DNA of 64,000 nt from Octopus vulgaris (lineage: Eukaryota), in the NCBI GenBank assembly GCA_951406725.2, contig OX597824.1:98704001-98768000 (forward strand), given 5' to 3'. The position numbers were made by a program, and so were the translations under genes. The notes beneath the pieces are model-generated. The model was not told the DNA's origin and ran no database searches. It saw only the letters and a list, made by a program, of their open reading frames with translations. Of the stretch, positions 44,370 to 56,525 are shown in pieces. Position 1 is the stretch's first letter; every line of letters begins with the position of its first letter.

Positions 44370-44555
44370 TTGTCCCCCAACATCGCTTGACAACCGATGC
44401 TGGTGTGTTTACGTCCCCGTAACTTAGCGGTTCGGCAAAAGAGACCGATAGAATAAGTACAGGCTAACAACGAATAAGTCCTGGGGTCGATTTGTTCGAT
44501 TAAAGGCGGTGCTCCAGCATGGCCGCAGTCAAATGACTGAAACAGGTAAGAGAAA
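44168..44555 (+). mobile_element. Full-length tRNA-derived SINE, family A
   Basis: Pol III A box tggctgtgtggt and B box gagttcagtcc, central (GT)n, conserved 3' half. Other copies at 5805-6228(-), 10025-10200(-), 13180-13330(-), 14717-14880(-), 23980-24145(-) and 62128-62500(+). Confidence 0.85.
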
Positions 44556-44660
44556 AAAAGAATATATATGTATATTTATATATATATACACACACTCACA
44601 GCATACACAAATTCAAACCATGAGCAATACCATTTTGATTTCTGTTCTATTGTCTTCCAG

Positions 44661-44828
44661 ATTATTCCGATTCCGATATCAATGGAGTGGATGAGATGTA
44701 TCGATCCTATCGATTCGAGATGTTGGAGGAGGAGAAAGAAGAAGAGTCGATTAATAGCACAACGGGAAAGCGAAGTATGTCTTTGGCTGAGATTGGTAAG
44801 GACAACAAAGGCTCCACTTCTTTGGATG
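44661..44828 (+). CDS. Synaptotagmin-like gene, acidic linker exon
   Basis: ttgtcttccag|AT...GATG|gtgagt, 168 nt, phase 1-1. Encodes (D)YSDSDINGVDEMYRSYRFEMLEEEKEEESINSTTGKRSMSLAEIGKDNKGSTSLD. Confidence 0.8.
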
Positions 44829-45597
44829 GTGAGTAAGAAATAACATTTTTTTGGAAACCCTGCTGTCTTTGACCGCTCAGAGTTCTTTCTCTTTCATTTT
44901 ACTTCCTCCGTGTAAATCTGCTGCCATCTTAGAAATCAATATAATGATGTAGAATTGAGAGACAATGTGAACAATTTCTTTATTATCATGTTCCTTCTTT
45001 GAGATCCCAAAATTACATTTCGATGATAGGGAACTTAAAATTAGGTTCCCACTTTAAGAATTTCAAAATTAGCTTTATGACCCTTAACAAGGACCAAACA
45101 TAGCTTTTGGTTGAATGACGATTTATTCTGAGTTTTCACCTAAATGGCTTCAAAATCAGGTTCGACGCAAGGCACCACAACGCCAAACTGTTATTTAAGG
45201 AATTTCCAAATGAAATTTTCGATTTTAGAATTTTAAGTTAAGGATTTAAGTTAACTCTAGATTAATTTTCAACATGAATAGCCTCAAATTTTGAAGGATT
45301 CACTTAAGGGACTTCAAAAATAGGTTTTGAGATGAATAAGTACAGACTTCGAAAATCCTGCTTTCATTTGCGAGGTCGCAAAGCTTTAAATGACCCTCGC
45401 TCCTTAACGAAGGGTGTGAAAACAGGAAGTCATGAGGTTACCATGAGAGTGATATACATTCCAGACACTTCATTGGATGTTTATCGATAAAAACAGGACC
45501 AACTAAGTAATTTAATCCCCTATTCCTTAATTCTAAGACATAATTCTGGTGATTCTGATAGAAATCTCACTTCTTTCTATTATTGTCATCATCATAT

Positions 45598-45815
45598 GAG
45601 GCGATGAGCTGGAAGAAGCGTTACCACCCCGGACAAAATGCTTAACGGCGTTTCGTCCGTCTTTACGATCTAAATTCAACTTCTTCCGATGTCGACTTTG
45701 CCTTTCATCCTTTCAGGATCAATAAATTAAGTACCAGTTGCGTACTGGGGTCGATCTAATCGACTGCCCTCCCCCTCCCCCAAAATTTCAGTCCTCGTAC
45801 TTTTAGTAGACAGGA
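45598..45815 (+). mobile_element. SINE, family B
   Basis: Near-complete match to the family B consensus seen at 31278. Confidence 0.8.
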
Positions 45816-45839
45816 TTGTTGTTGTTGTTGTTGTCGTCT

Positions 45840-46042
45840 TTATCTCAGGTTTTGTTGTAATTCCTGGAGTCTTGCATGTCAAGGGGGCAGGCCTTTTGCA
45901 ACAGTTCTACTGGGCACTCTATTCCAATTTCCTTTATATTCCTCTTCATGCCTTTCCGTACTGTCTCCAAGAACCAAACAATAATTGGCACTACCTTCAC
46001 ATTCTTCATTTTCCAAAGCCGGACTAATTCGTACTTGAGAGG
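45840..46042 (-). mobile_element. RLE-type LINE 3' end fragment
   Basis: Similar to 2940-3090 (cttttgca...gcactctattccaat...ttcttcattttt). Confidence 0.55.
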
Positions 46043-46054
46043 ATTATTATTATT

Positions 46055-46952
46055 CTTTGGAGAGACTCTGGGCGCCGACGAGAACGAACTGGCCAGTCTA
46101 TTCCGGAGTACTTTCCGGTCGGGAACTATCAGGGATAATTTCCAGATGTCCTTGGCTTGGCAGTGCTACCGGATGGGGAGGCTACCGGTTCGAGATAAAC
46201 TCTACAGGCACGGATGTTCTGTCAGACGGACTTGTCCGAGGTGCGCGCAGAGTGACAAAACCGTTCTGCACGCCCTCGTTTAGTGTCCGGTCATTGCTGA
46301 CTTGTGGGGATATATCGAACAACTGCTGTCACGTGTGGGACGGATCCGTCTGTCGAACCAGTCTGTAGTGATGATCGTATCGCTACCCTCATTCAATCGG
46401 GCAGGCAAGGCAGTTTTCCTTTGCCTGATGGCTGTCACGGAAGAAGTTGTTTGGTAGACAAGGCTGAAAGACATGAGGACAGATACATTCCTCTCAGTTA
46501 AAGCTCTCATTGACTTCTGCAAGTTTCACTTGAAAAGGAAATTGAGAGAGGAGAGAGAAGTTCTGCCCTCGAATGAGTTTATTGAGAGATGAGTGAAAGT
46601 TGCGAAAATGGCAAGAGTGGATGGTACCTCTCTAAGTGTAGACCTGTGAGTCGGAGAGAAGGAATTAGAGAGTGCATTTGCTCCTGGGGTTTCAGGGAAA
46701 TCTCGGACAGTGGGGTTCCTCGATTATCCCTAGAGACCTTCCTGTATCAGGAGTGCCACATCTCTATCATCCCCACCCCCGCCATTTTCTTTTTACCTTT
46801 GTGTGCATCTGTCCCTTCTTACATTTAATTTCTTTCTTTTTCTTTCCTTTTTTATTATTTTTTTATCATTTCATTGTATCTAAACCCCAACACTTTATGT
46901 CTGTCTTTCTATTGTCCCCTTCATCCTTCGCCCTTGTAGCAAATAAATAAAT
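46055..46952 (+). mobile_element. Related Tx1-like LINE subfamily, 3' fragment ending in (ATT)n
   Basis: DNFQMSLAWQCYR..LPVRDKLYRHG..TCPRCAQSDKTVLHALV, with stops and frameshifts and a different 3' UTR. Confidence 0.8.
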
Positions 46953-46988
46953 TCATTATCATTATTGTTATTATTATTATTATTATTA

Positions 46989-47072
<84 letters not shown>

Positions 47073-47074
<2 letters not shown>

Positions 47075-47535
47075 GAGTGAGAGAGCAGTGCATGCCATCA
47101 AAGTGACACTGGGGTAAAATGTACGAAGCCCAGTATACCCATCATGACTACCCGTCTAATGGTACACCAGGCACATCCATCACAACTATATGTTGATCTC
47201 ATATCAAGATTAACAGCGAGTGACCTTGTAGGTGGGGCCCAGTTAGAATTTTCTTCTGGTCGAGTAACCCATCCCACTCAAATGGTCCTTGAATAAGGTT
47301 TGTTTAAGGATGTTGAACGAAATACCCATGTTTCCAATGGTGAATTATCCAAACCTCCAAGAATTCCTTTCAACACATGGCTATGATGCTCCCACACTAC
47401 TTCTGCTCGTGATCAGAGATGCACATATCGTCAGCCACTAAGGGACATGCTCAACTGGTTACGGTCAAACAACTGACAAGCAAATCTGTGGTATTGAGCA
47501 GAATATTTGCTGTAACCCATCTTTTATAGCAACAC
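47073..47535. mobile_element. Interspersed repeat between (TTA)n and (TCA)n
   Basis: 47450-47530 is the reverse complement of 58025-58100, which shows it is a dispersed repeat. Confidence 0.6.
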
Positions 47536-47539
47536 TTTT

Positions 47540-47617
<78 letters not shown>

Positions 47618-48001
47618 GTCGTCGTCGTCGTCATCATCGTTACTAGAAGGCGGCAAGTTTGCTGGATGAATCCTTAGCACGTCGGACAAAATCCTTTCTT
47701 CCTTCTCTTCTGAAGTTCTGAGTTCGAATTCCACCGACGTCGACCTTGCTCTCGTCCTTTCGAGATTGAGAAAATAACCAGTTGAGCACTAGGGTTTATG
47801 TAAGGGACAAAACCCCATCTCCCTAAAATTGCTGACCTTGTGCCAACATTTGAAACCATCAATATTATAAAGATTTTTCAATACCAGTAATCTACTGGTA
47901 TTCCTATGCTTCTAAATCAAACACCAGCTTCTAAAGGGCCACACTGATGCTCTCTTAGCCAATCGATATAAATGACCGAATGTCTGTTATTTATCGAACA
48001 G

Positions 48002-48141
48002 GTACACCATGTAAGAAAAAGCCACTCAAACGACGCGGGACTTTATCGACCCTCGTTGTTAACAGTCTCAGCAATTTCGATCACAACTTGAACCCACCAC
48101 CCGGACAACAACAGTACATGCGCAAAAAGCAAAAGACAACG
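48002..48141 (+). CDS. Synaptotagmin-like gene, basic linker exon
   Basis: ttatcgaacag|GT...ACG|gtgagt, 140 nt, phase 1-0. Encodes GTPCKKKPLKRRGTLSTLVVNSLSNFDHNLNPPPGQQQYMRKKQKTT. Confidence 0.8.
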
Positions 48142-48194
48142 GTGAGTAGTGCAAGCAATCTTAGTCGAACTCTCTTTAGAGCGTATTCGTATGA

Positions 48195-48238
<44 letters not shown>

Positions 48239-48301
48239 GGAGGGAGGGAGGGAGAGAGGGGATGAGCTTCATCGGAGATATGAAGTGCACCACATATTTG
48301 A

Positions 48302-48361
48302 AGCTCCGATGAAGCTGTAATGTATTACTCAGTCATCTGATAGCAAAAACGGCTGTAAGCT
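48302..48361 (+). ncRNA. Degenerate hammerhead motif
   Basis: agct-CCGATGA-agctgt...atagc-aAAAA-cggctg-TA-agct. Two core substitutions (U4C, G12A). Confidence 0.45.
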
Positions 48362-48566
48362 AATGAATTTCATAAAATAATTGTTTAATTCTTTTGCCAT
48401 CTCTTTTCTTATTACCGCTCTGTACTCAACTGACGCTTCGTTCTGAAGCATATCTATATTGAGTTCTACACCAGGGTGTACTACATCATATATACTATAT
48501 TATATAGTATCAATAAGTATTATACACACACATACATATATATACATACATACATACATACATACA

Positions 48567-48597
<31 letters not shown>

Positions 48598-48716
48598 GTA
48601 TGTCTGTGTATAAGTGTGCATGTGTATGTATGTATGTGTGTCTCTGATGGTTGCCTGCTCAGGGACCAAAGGTCCTTCCCAACCCATTATATTATACAAC
48701 CGGTTTACCGGATTCA

Positions 48717-48782
<66 letters not shown>

Positions 48783-48786
<4 letters not shown>

Positions 48787-48967
48787 CCTTCCTCTGGACG
48801 GGACGCAGGTTTGCCACAGGTTTGTTCATTTTGCGAGCTGAATGGGCTGCAACAACGGAAAATTTAAGTGTTTTGGTTAAAAACACAACGCATCGACCGG
48901 TCTATAAATCGAAACCACAATCTTACTTTCATTAGTGCAACACCTTAACCACTAACCCGCACGCCTC

Positions 48968-48970
<3 letters not shown>
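48783..48970 (-). mobile_element. tRNA-headed SINE, third family
   Basis: Minus strand gtggaggcgtgcgggttagtggttaaggtg...ggtttcgat gives A/B-box-like elements. Confidence 0.55.
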
Positions 48971-49022
<52 letters not shown>

Positions 49023-49259
49023 GGATGTATGCGTATGTGTATGTATGTGCATGTGTGTATGTATATATGTGTATATATGATGTACTACTCTTCGTGTCAA
49101 TTTCTATTTTATTTTGTTCCGTTATTTACGATACCAATCCAAACCATTCGCTACCAATTCCATTATATTCCAATATTTCTATTCGATTTGATTCTCTACC
49201 ATTCTATCGCCTACCAATTCCATTCCGCCTATATTCCTTTACATTCTCTCTTTGAACAG

Positions 49260-49424
49260 CGACAAAATGTAATTGGTTTGCCCGATTCGCCATTCCTGAT
49301 GCACGATTTGAACTTGGAAGAAATGGTACCTCGCTATGCTCCTCCTGTTAAACCAACAGGGCAGCTAAAACTGCAACTCAATTTTATCGAGGATAAAACA
49401 TCATTAAATATATTCATTATCGAG
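49260..49424 (+). CDS. Synaptotagmin-like gene, start of C2A domain
   Basis: ctctttgaacag|CGA...GAG|gtaaga, 165 nt, phase 0-0. Ends PTGQLKLQLNFIEDKTSLNIFIIE, the first two C2 beta-strands. Confidence 0.9.
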
Positions 49425-49469
49425 GTAAGATTTATATATGCACTCTCATATGTATATATATATATATAT

Positions 49470-49905
49470 AATTCAAACAGAAGTTATAATAGCCTCATGA
49501 AGGGAAATCCGAGGAAATACTGGTTCAATACTTAATATTTTGGTGAGAGGCTAATATCCATAAAACAATAGGTTTATATACAAACCATGGTTTCTAGTCA
49601 TGCAAATTAATAATAAGAAAATGGAGATATTGAAGTTAATAAGAGTTTATTATCAGCAAAAAAATTATCATTATCTCTTACAGCTGTTTCAATTAAGCTC
49701 AGTGAAACCATCATGGTATGACGATTCAAATAAGTAACGCATAGAATATTTATGGATATATTCTTTCTCCCTCTGAAGAGATTAAGCTCAGAAAGGATTT
49801 TAATACTTACTCAACTTCACTGAGCTTAATTGAAACGGCTGTAAGGGATAATGATCTATTTTTTGCTGATAATAAACTCTTATTAACTTCAATATCTCCA
49901 TTTTC

Positions 49906-49910
<5 letters not shown>
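49470..49910. mobile_element. (TA)n-flanked fold-back element containing an HHR
   Basis: Inverted arms at about 49614-49707 and 49816-49909. The right arm holds the 3' half of the HHR. TA runs on both sides. Confidence 0.8.
49768..49848 (+). ncRNA. Type I hammerhead ribozyme with intact core
   Basis: Stem I tccct/aggga; CTGAAGA 49773-79; 12-bp stem II gattaagctcag/ctgagcttaatt; GAAA 49832-35; short stem III cggctg; GUA with predicted cleavage after 49843. Confidence 0.85.
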
Positions 49911-49967
<57 letters not shown>

Positions 49968-50124
49968 TGTATGTATGTATGTACACACAAAGAATGGGGG
50001 TTCAGTTCAAAGGTGATCTCAACGACTAGGTTCGCTAGGTAGGTGCTGTAACGGATTACTAGGGCTCCAAGGTTATAACCAAGACGGTAGTTATGGAGCC
50101 ATTGCAGATTTCCGATGCAGCGGA

Positions 50125-50408
50125 TATATAATTGTTAAACAAAACGCCAAACATTAAGGCAAGATAAACATCTCAAGTCGTATACAATATTATCATTGGA
50201 AGAAATTCAAAGTCTTACAGCTGTTTCTGGGATATCTCCGAGTATGGGATATTCTGTCATCATTTTCCCTACTTTTCCCTATTTGTCTCTAATGACGGAA
50301 TATCCCAGAAACAGCTGTAAGACTTTAATTTTTTCTAATAATAATATTGTATACGACTTGAGATGTTTGCCTTGCCTTAACGTTTGTTGTCCTCTATAAC
50401 AATTATAT
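50125..50408. mobile_element. (TA)n-flanked fold-back element containing an HHR
   Basis: Imperfect inverted arms of about 100 bp (acatctcaagtcgtatacaatattat...aagtcttacagctgtttctgggatat and its reverse complement). Confidence 0.75.
50285..50323 (+). ncRNA. Hammerhead motif with G5A core substitution (probably inactive)
   Basis: gtct-CTAATGA-cggaatatccca-GAAA-cagctg-TA-agac. An inverted copy with TGATGA lies at about 50205-50256. Confidence 0.65.
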
Positions 50409-50420
50409 ATATATATATAC

Positions 50421-50462
<42 letters not shown>

Positions 50463-50961
50463 CATATCTATACAAATTCTTTAATTCGTTAATTGTTTTT
50501 TTTAATTTTCTCCAACAATAGCTGAAACCACGCCACTTTTAGTGTTCTGTTCTCTGGTGTTGTGGGGGGGGATATGTGTGTGTGTCAGTGTATGTGTGTA
50601 ACATTGTGTGTCAGTGTGTGTGTGTAACATTGTGTGTCAGTGTGTGTGTGTATGTTCAGGGGTCCTATGTCTTGCTAGCCATAGATGTCATACCATTGTA
50701 TTTTATTTGTATTAATAGTCTGGCGGTGTTGTATTAGAGTCCTGGAATGTTTAAGGAGTAAAACCTTAAAACCAAACCAACTTTGAACCTGTTTCTGTCT
50801 CGATTAGAACCCTAACCCCAATTAAATGTCGGATTTTAATATGAAAGTTTTTGGCAGGAATGTGTGTGTATTGAACTTAAAACCTCTGACTTCAATGTTG
50901 CCACGTTACTCATTCCTGTTGAAATACCAGTTGACATTCTGTTTCCCTTGATTCTCTTCAG

Positions 50962-51081
50962 GCCCAGAACCTTGTGATGCCAGCATGTTCTCAACAGCCA
51001 TTACTGAATCCCTCTGTCAAAGGTTTCCTCACTCCGGGAAGAACCGTCAAATTCCACACCAAAACTGTTTACAAAACAAAA
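50962..51081 (+). CDS. Synaptotagmin-like gene, C2A exon
   Basis: ttctcttcag|GCC...AAA|gtaatc, 120 nt, phase 0-0. Encodes AQNLVMPACSQQPLLNPSVKGFLTPGRTVKFHTKTVYKTK (C2 AxNL, xPxVK and TK motifs). Not in the ORF track. Confidence 0.9.
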
Positions 51082-51144
51082 GTAATCCATTTCACTTCGT
51101 CTTGTGAATTATTTATTTATTTATTTAAATTAAAATCTTAATTT

Positions 51145-52110
51145 TAATTAAGCAACGGTTCGTTTTCGTCGACGCCCAGAATTTCCCTGATTACAGCGTC
51201 ACGCTTCCTCGCCACTAACGTTCTATAGATTGCTTGAGTGTAACATCCACCGATATCATTGTCCCACTTGTAGAAGGCGATGAGTGTCTGATAATGTTCC
51301 AGTGACAGGCGCCAAGTTTCGATATTTGCTGAACCCATGACTGCATCCTCATGTAGTAGACGGATTGCTGAAAGATGCGCCCCACAAACAGTGTCCACAC
51401 CCTATCTGTCTACGAACTTCAGCGTGTATCTGTGCATCTCAGCAGACGGAGCATACCGAAGCCATCCTGCAAAAAGTGTTGGCAGCAGATGGACTGCCTC
51501 ACCTGCTGAACGCGTTCCTTCTACAATTTAACAGCAGACACTCCAATCTGATCATGTACCAACTGGGACATAGCTCAACAGCCAGGCAGTAAACAATTAC
51601 GGAGGTGTTGCAAGAATTCGCCACCCCTGCCAGAACTTTTAGGACTATCTTCTTCTCAGTCATTTGCTGGTTATTTTGGATCTTATCTAAGTTAACTCAG
51701 CTGATCACAAATTTGAGGCCTGTATAGTTGACCAGTTTAAAATGTCAACATCCAACCTATTCATATCTGCTAGCCTTACAAATACCCTGTCTGGATACGG
51801 TTTGAATACCCTGTTGTGGTTATGTCATGTCTACTCTAGCATATCAGGGAAATCTCGTCGGCCCATGCCAGGCTATCAAAAACCTGCTTCGAGGCAGGTT
51901 TTACAGACTTTTGCAAGCACTTCTCTTATTCGCTGGCCTCATCTGGTCCCTCCGTGCGTCTAAAATACGGTTTCAATACACCCTCGTCCACTGGTGACAG
52001 GGATCAGGACTCTCCCAGGAAAGCTTCTGGACGTCTGAAGAAATAGGACCTTCGAGGGATTGGCGCTACCGCAGAAGTAGCACACAGATCTTGTCGCTTC
52101 CACTGTAACA
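51145..52110 (-). mobile_element. Degraded Tx1-like LINE fragments
   Basis: TQAIYRTLVARKRDAVIREILGVDENE aligns with TKAFYRGLVEGRYDDELGANLGVDEE of copy 2. Endonuclease-like PDRVFVR near 51790. Confidence 0.55.
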
Positions 52111-52528
52111 TACTGTTTTTATCCAATTGGAAGTTTTATATGATCCGGAATTTTGTCCAGGTTTTCCAGCTTAACTTCAATGATAACTTCCAGCTTAATT
52201 CCCGACCTGTCGATGCTTTTTTTTTTTAATTTGTAGAAGGGACTCGACACCCCCCCGGAGTGCCACCCAATGGAACTGAACCATGTGGTTTGGAAGCAAA
52301 CTTCTAAGCAGAGAGCCACGCCTTCGTCTATGATTCAATAGTAATCAGACATTTCAAGAGAGAAACTGTAACCGAAAACGACAATTTAACCCCCAACGCC
52401 GACCTCCATTATTCCTTACTTTATTCCTTTCCGACAAATTACGCTCTGTTGGCAAACCTTGCTGTGGCAGCTTCGTGGTTTATTCTGGAATGGAATTGAG
52501 AATAACAATACCAGTCATATACTCTCTC

Positions 52529-52578
<50 letters not shown>

Positions 52579-52738
52579 CCTTCCTCTCTCCTTTCTTTTC
52601 TTTCTCTCTCACTTTTTTTACTGCAAATATCTTATAAAATATATAGATAGATACACACATACACACACCACATACACACATATATATGTATATAGGCATA
52701 TATATATATGTACATGTACAAATATATATGAATATATG

Positions 52739-52794
<56 letters not shown>

Positions 52795-52836
52795 CGCATA
52801 TACACACATATACATACACATATATGTACATGTATG

Positions 52837-52880
<44 letters not shown>

Positions 52881-53336
52881 GGGGGTTGTGTGTATGCATA
52901 TATAGATATATACAAATATATGCATACATACATATATAAAAACAAAAGCAATCACACACACACACACAAAGCTGCCGCGGTTCATTGACTTCTCGGACTG
53001 AATATGGTTTTTTCTTTTGTTGTTGTTGCTGTTGTTGTACTTAATTGCAGACCAAATTTGTTGTTGTGATTATTGATGGCGTCTCCACTGGTGTTCTCCA
53101 ATGTTGTTGACTTTTCGAAAGGTTGCCGTCTTCAAAAGCAAAGGTCACAATATACTCCATGACTAATCACTACCGGACCACGAACACTACGGAACGTCAT
53201 CCGCATAAGCTCTCTTAGTCGGGATCTTGCGGGATCTTTCGGTGGCGGCGGGGTAGCACTTATTTATTTACTGTACAAAATAACGGGTGGACATCACACA
53301 TCAATTTCATTGTTTACCACTAATCTGAGTATGCGC

Positions 53337-53412
<76 letters not shown>

Positions 53413-53501
53413 GTGTGTGCGCGTGTATATTTACGTGTGTATATGTATGTGCGTAAGTGAGTGAGTGTGTATATATTTATATATTCTTTGCTTTTTTTTA
53501 G

Positions 53502-53708
53502 AATCCTGTTTTCTTGGAGAAATTCACAATAAAAGAGTTGTCCTCAGTGGACTTCACCGACGACGCTGCTTTGGAATTCCAAATGTACTCAGCTGAGGCA
53601 AGAGGGCGGCGCCATTTACTGGGTGTTGGCACCATTCTGTTGAAAGAGATCGACCAACTGACCGATGGGAAAGCCAACCTTACGCTAATGCCGCAAACGG
53701 TCTTACGG
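53502..53708 (+). CDS. Synaptotagmin-like gene, C2A C-terminal exon
   Basis: gcttttttttag|AAT...CGG|gtaagt, 207 nt, phase 0-0. Encodes [69 protein letters not shown] (NPxFxExF motif). Confidence 0.92.
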
Positions 53709-53886
53709 GTAAGTACATACGGGTAGACATTACTTATTTGCACGTTGATGTCACTTATTTACAGATAGATATCGCATACTTCCGGGTAGATATCACATTT
53801 TTACGAGTAGATATTTCAATATTTACATGTAGACATCACATATTGACAGGTAGATGTGATATTTTGACAATATTTACAGGTAAGTC
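53705..53886 (+). repeat. Degenerate ~21-bp minisatellite starting at the exon donor
   Basis: acgggtagacattacttattt-like unit, about 8 copies. Confidence 0.75.
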
Positions 53887-54259
53887 TCACACATGGACCC
53901 AGAAATGGATGAATGCAACTGAATATCGCAAATTCATCATCTTTCTACACCGCATGAACCTCACTACATCACATTGTCATCAACAAATCTGCCACCTAAA
54001 GCACAATCTCTTGACCGTGTTTAAATGAAACTCGCCAATATAATTATGAGTTCAGTTTCATGCAAACTTCCATTCCCGTCCAGTAAACCGCCAACTCTGC
54101 CTCTCGTAAAAGGCGACGAAAAAAGGTCGCGGCAAGATTTGAACTCAGATCAAATGATTATTCTGACGGTCAGGTCCCTCCCCACAAAGACAATTCCATT
54201 GTTTAGAAAATTACTATTTGTAAATCTCACAAAGGGAGATATTAAGCAACGGTACTTTA

Positions 54260-54468
54260 GAGTAGAGATTATTCGCCAGCATAACATGGCAATCCTGGTT
54301 TAGGACGAATGTTGCTGTAATTTAGCTGGCTATACAACACAATCTCTGTCCTTATATTTTCGAACAAGGAAATCTAGCACCCCCACTCACTGTGTAGGGG
54401 TGCTAGATTACAGCAACATTCGTCCTAAACCAGGACTGCCATGTTATGTTGGCAAATAATCTGTACTC
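54260..54468. repeat. Fold-back (MITE-like) element with a nested hairpin
   Basis: Inverted arms of about 65 bp (54260-54326 and 54401-54468), plus an inner aatctagcacccc/ggggtgctagatt hairpin. No HHR core seen. Confidence 0.75.
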
Positions 54469-54563
54469 GAATTCGATTGTTGTTAGAATAAACTCCAGTG
54501 AGAATCTATATCTAAAAACTGTTTGTGTCACCAACCCTAAATACAAACAATATCACCTTTTCA

Positions 54564-54595
<32 letters not shown>

Positions 54596-55683
54596 CTCTC
54601 TTTTTCCCCTCTCTCTCTCTCACTCTCTTTCTCTCTTTTTCCCTCTCCCTCTCTCCCTCTCTCTTTCTCAACCTGCTTGATGTTCTCTCATCTGTCTTCG
54701 TCTTTTGTTTTCTGCAAATTTGACCTGTGTGGGGGGGGGGGTTTGTCTTTATTGAAACCGAAGCTGAGAGTATGTCTTGTCACTTGAGTTTCACGTCACA
54801 GCAATCTTCAAGCGGGAACTGATATAACGCGATATTGATGGAAGATGGTCATTGGGCATGTTTTCTTTGTGTGTTCACGCGCGCGTGTGTTTCTGGGTTT
54901 ATTCAGACCTAAAATGAATATAATTACATGAATTCATTTGTTTTTGAATAAATTGTTTTAAAAAGACGCGAACAATCTTCAGTTGGTCTCTGAATGTTTC
55001 TTGCTTCCAAACAAATTAGAAAAATATTCAAGTTGAGCTTCAAACGACAAACAATCAACTGAGAACCAAATATTTTGCTTTCTCAACTTTTTTCTTGTAA
55101 AATACCTGGGGTTTGGGGAGTGGGGGGGGGGTCTGTTGCTTTTTTGTTTGTTTTTTAAATATATTGCTCGTTTATGTAAACCGTTTATCATAATTTTAAA
55201 ATACTGGGTTTGCTTGAAACATCGCAGTGTGTAAAATGAGAGGTTTGTAAAATTGTAGAACGAAGTAAGTGAAAGGGTTAATTAAACTCTGTAAAGTGAT
55301 ATCAAACAGTTAAAGACAAAGATAATGATATTGTTTAATCTTACGTAAGTCGTTTAGTAATCCGATGCTATTTCACGGTAAATCCCTCTTTTCAAATGGA
55401 ATAAAGTAAAAGGGTCAAGGATTCTGAAGTAATTATTGTTGTCGGAGGATTTTGCATAACCTTTGGACTTTTGTATGAAATAAGGGGCTTCAAGGCAACG
55501 CTTCACGAACAATATGCTGCGGTCGAGATACAGACAGGCAGACAGACAGACAGACGTCTATTCATACATACAATCATACATACACACAGACTTACGAATA
55601 GATATGTGTGCATGCAGACACATACATTCACACATACACACACACAAACATATATGCCTACGCACGAGCATGCATAGATTCAT

Positions 55684-55742
<59 letters not shown>

Positions 55743-55928
55743 CATTCGCTTCTATACGTTAAAATTATTTTGTTGATATTTAAATGTTGGACAACTTCAA
55801 TGGATTGCAAATTAATATATTTCTGTAATTAACATCCTACTAAATTAATCGACCCGTTTTCTATCTTCTTTCCTTTCTTTCCTCTTTCTCTCTCTCTACA
55901 TATATATATATGTGTGTGTGTGTGTGTA

Positions 55929-56089
<161 letters not shown>

Positions 56090-56145
56090 ATACATTTAAA
56101 GAGAGTCATTGATAGACAGACAGACAGACAGACAGATAGACGGAG

Positions 56146-56196
<51 letters not shown>

Positions 56197-56316
56197 CGCA
56201 CACGCGCACACATATACACGTAAATGTATGTATATGTGTGTGTGTCTGTGTATATATGTCTGTGTGTTTATGTATGTATGTATTTATATTCCCCAGCTCT
56301 CTTCCCTCTTCCCTCT

Positions 56317-56359
<43 letters not shown>

Positions 56360-56485
56360 GTCTGCTCCGTTTATAAGTGAAGAGTCAGAGGAATAAACAG
56401 GTGGCTGTGGTTATATTGATGAATGAAGCGGTAGAAGTGAGGGGAGGGGAGGGTGGGACAAGGATAGGATTTACGAAAGAGGGGA

Positions 56486-56525
<40 letters not shown>

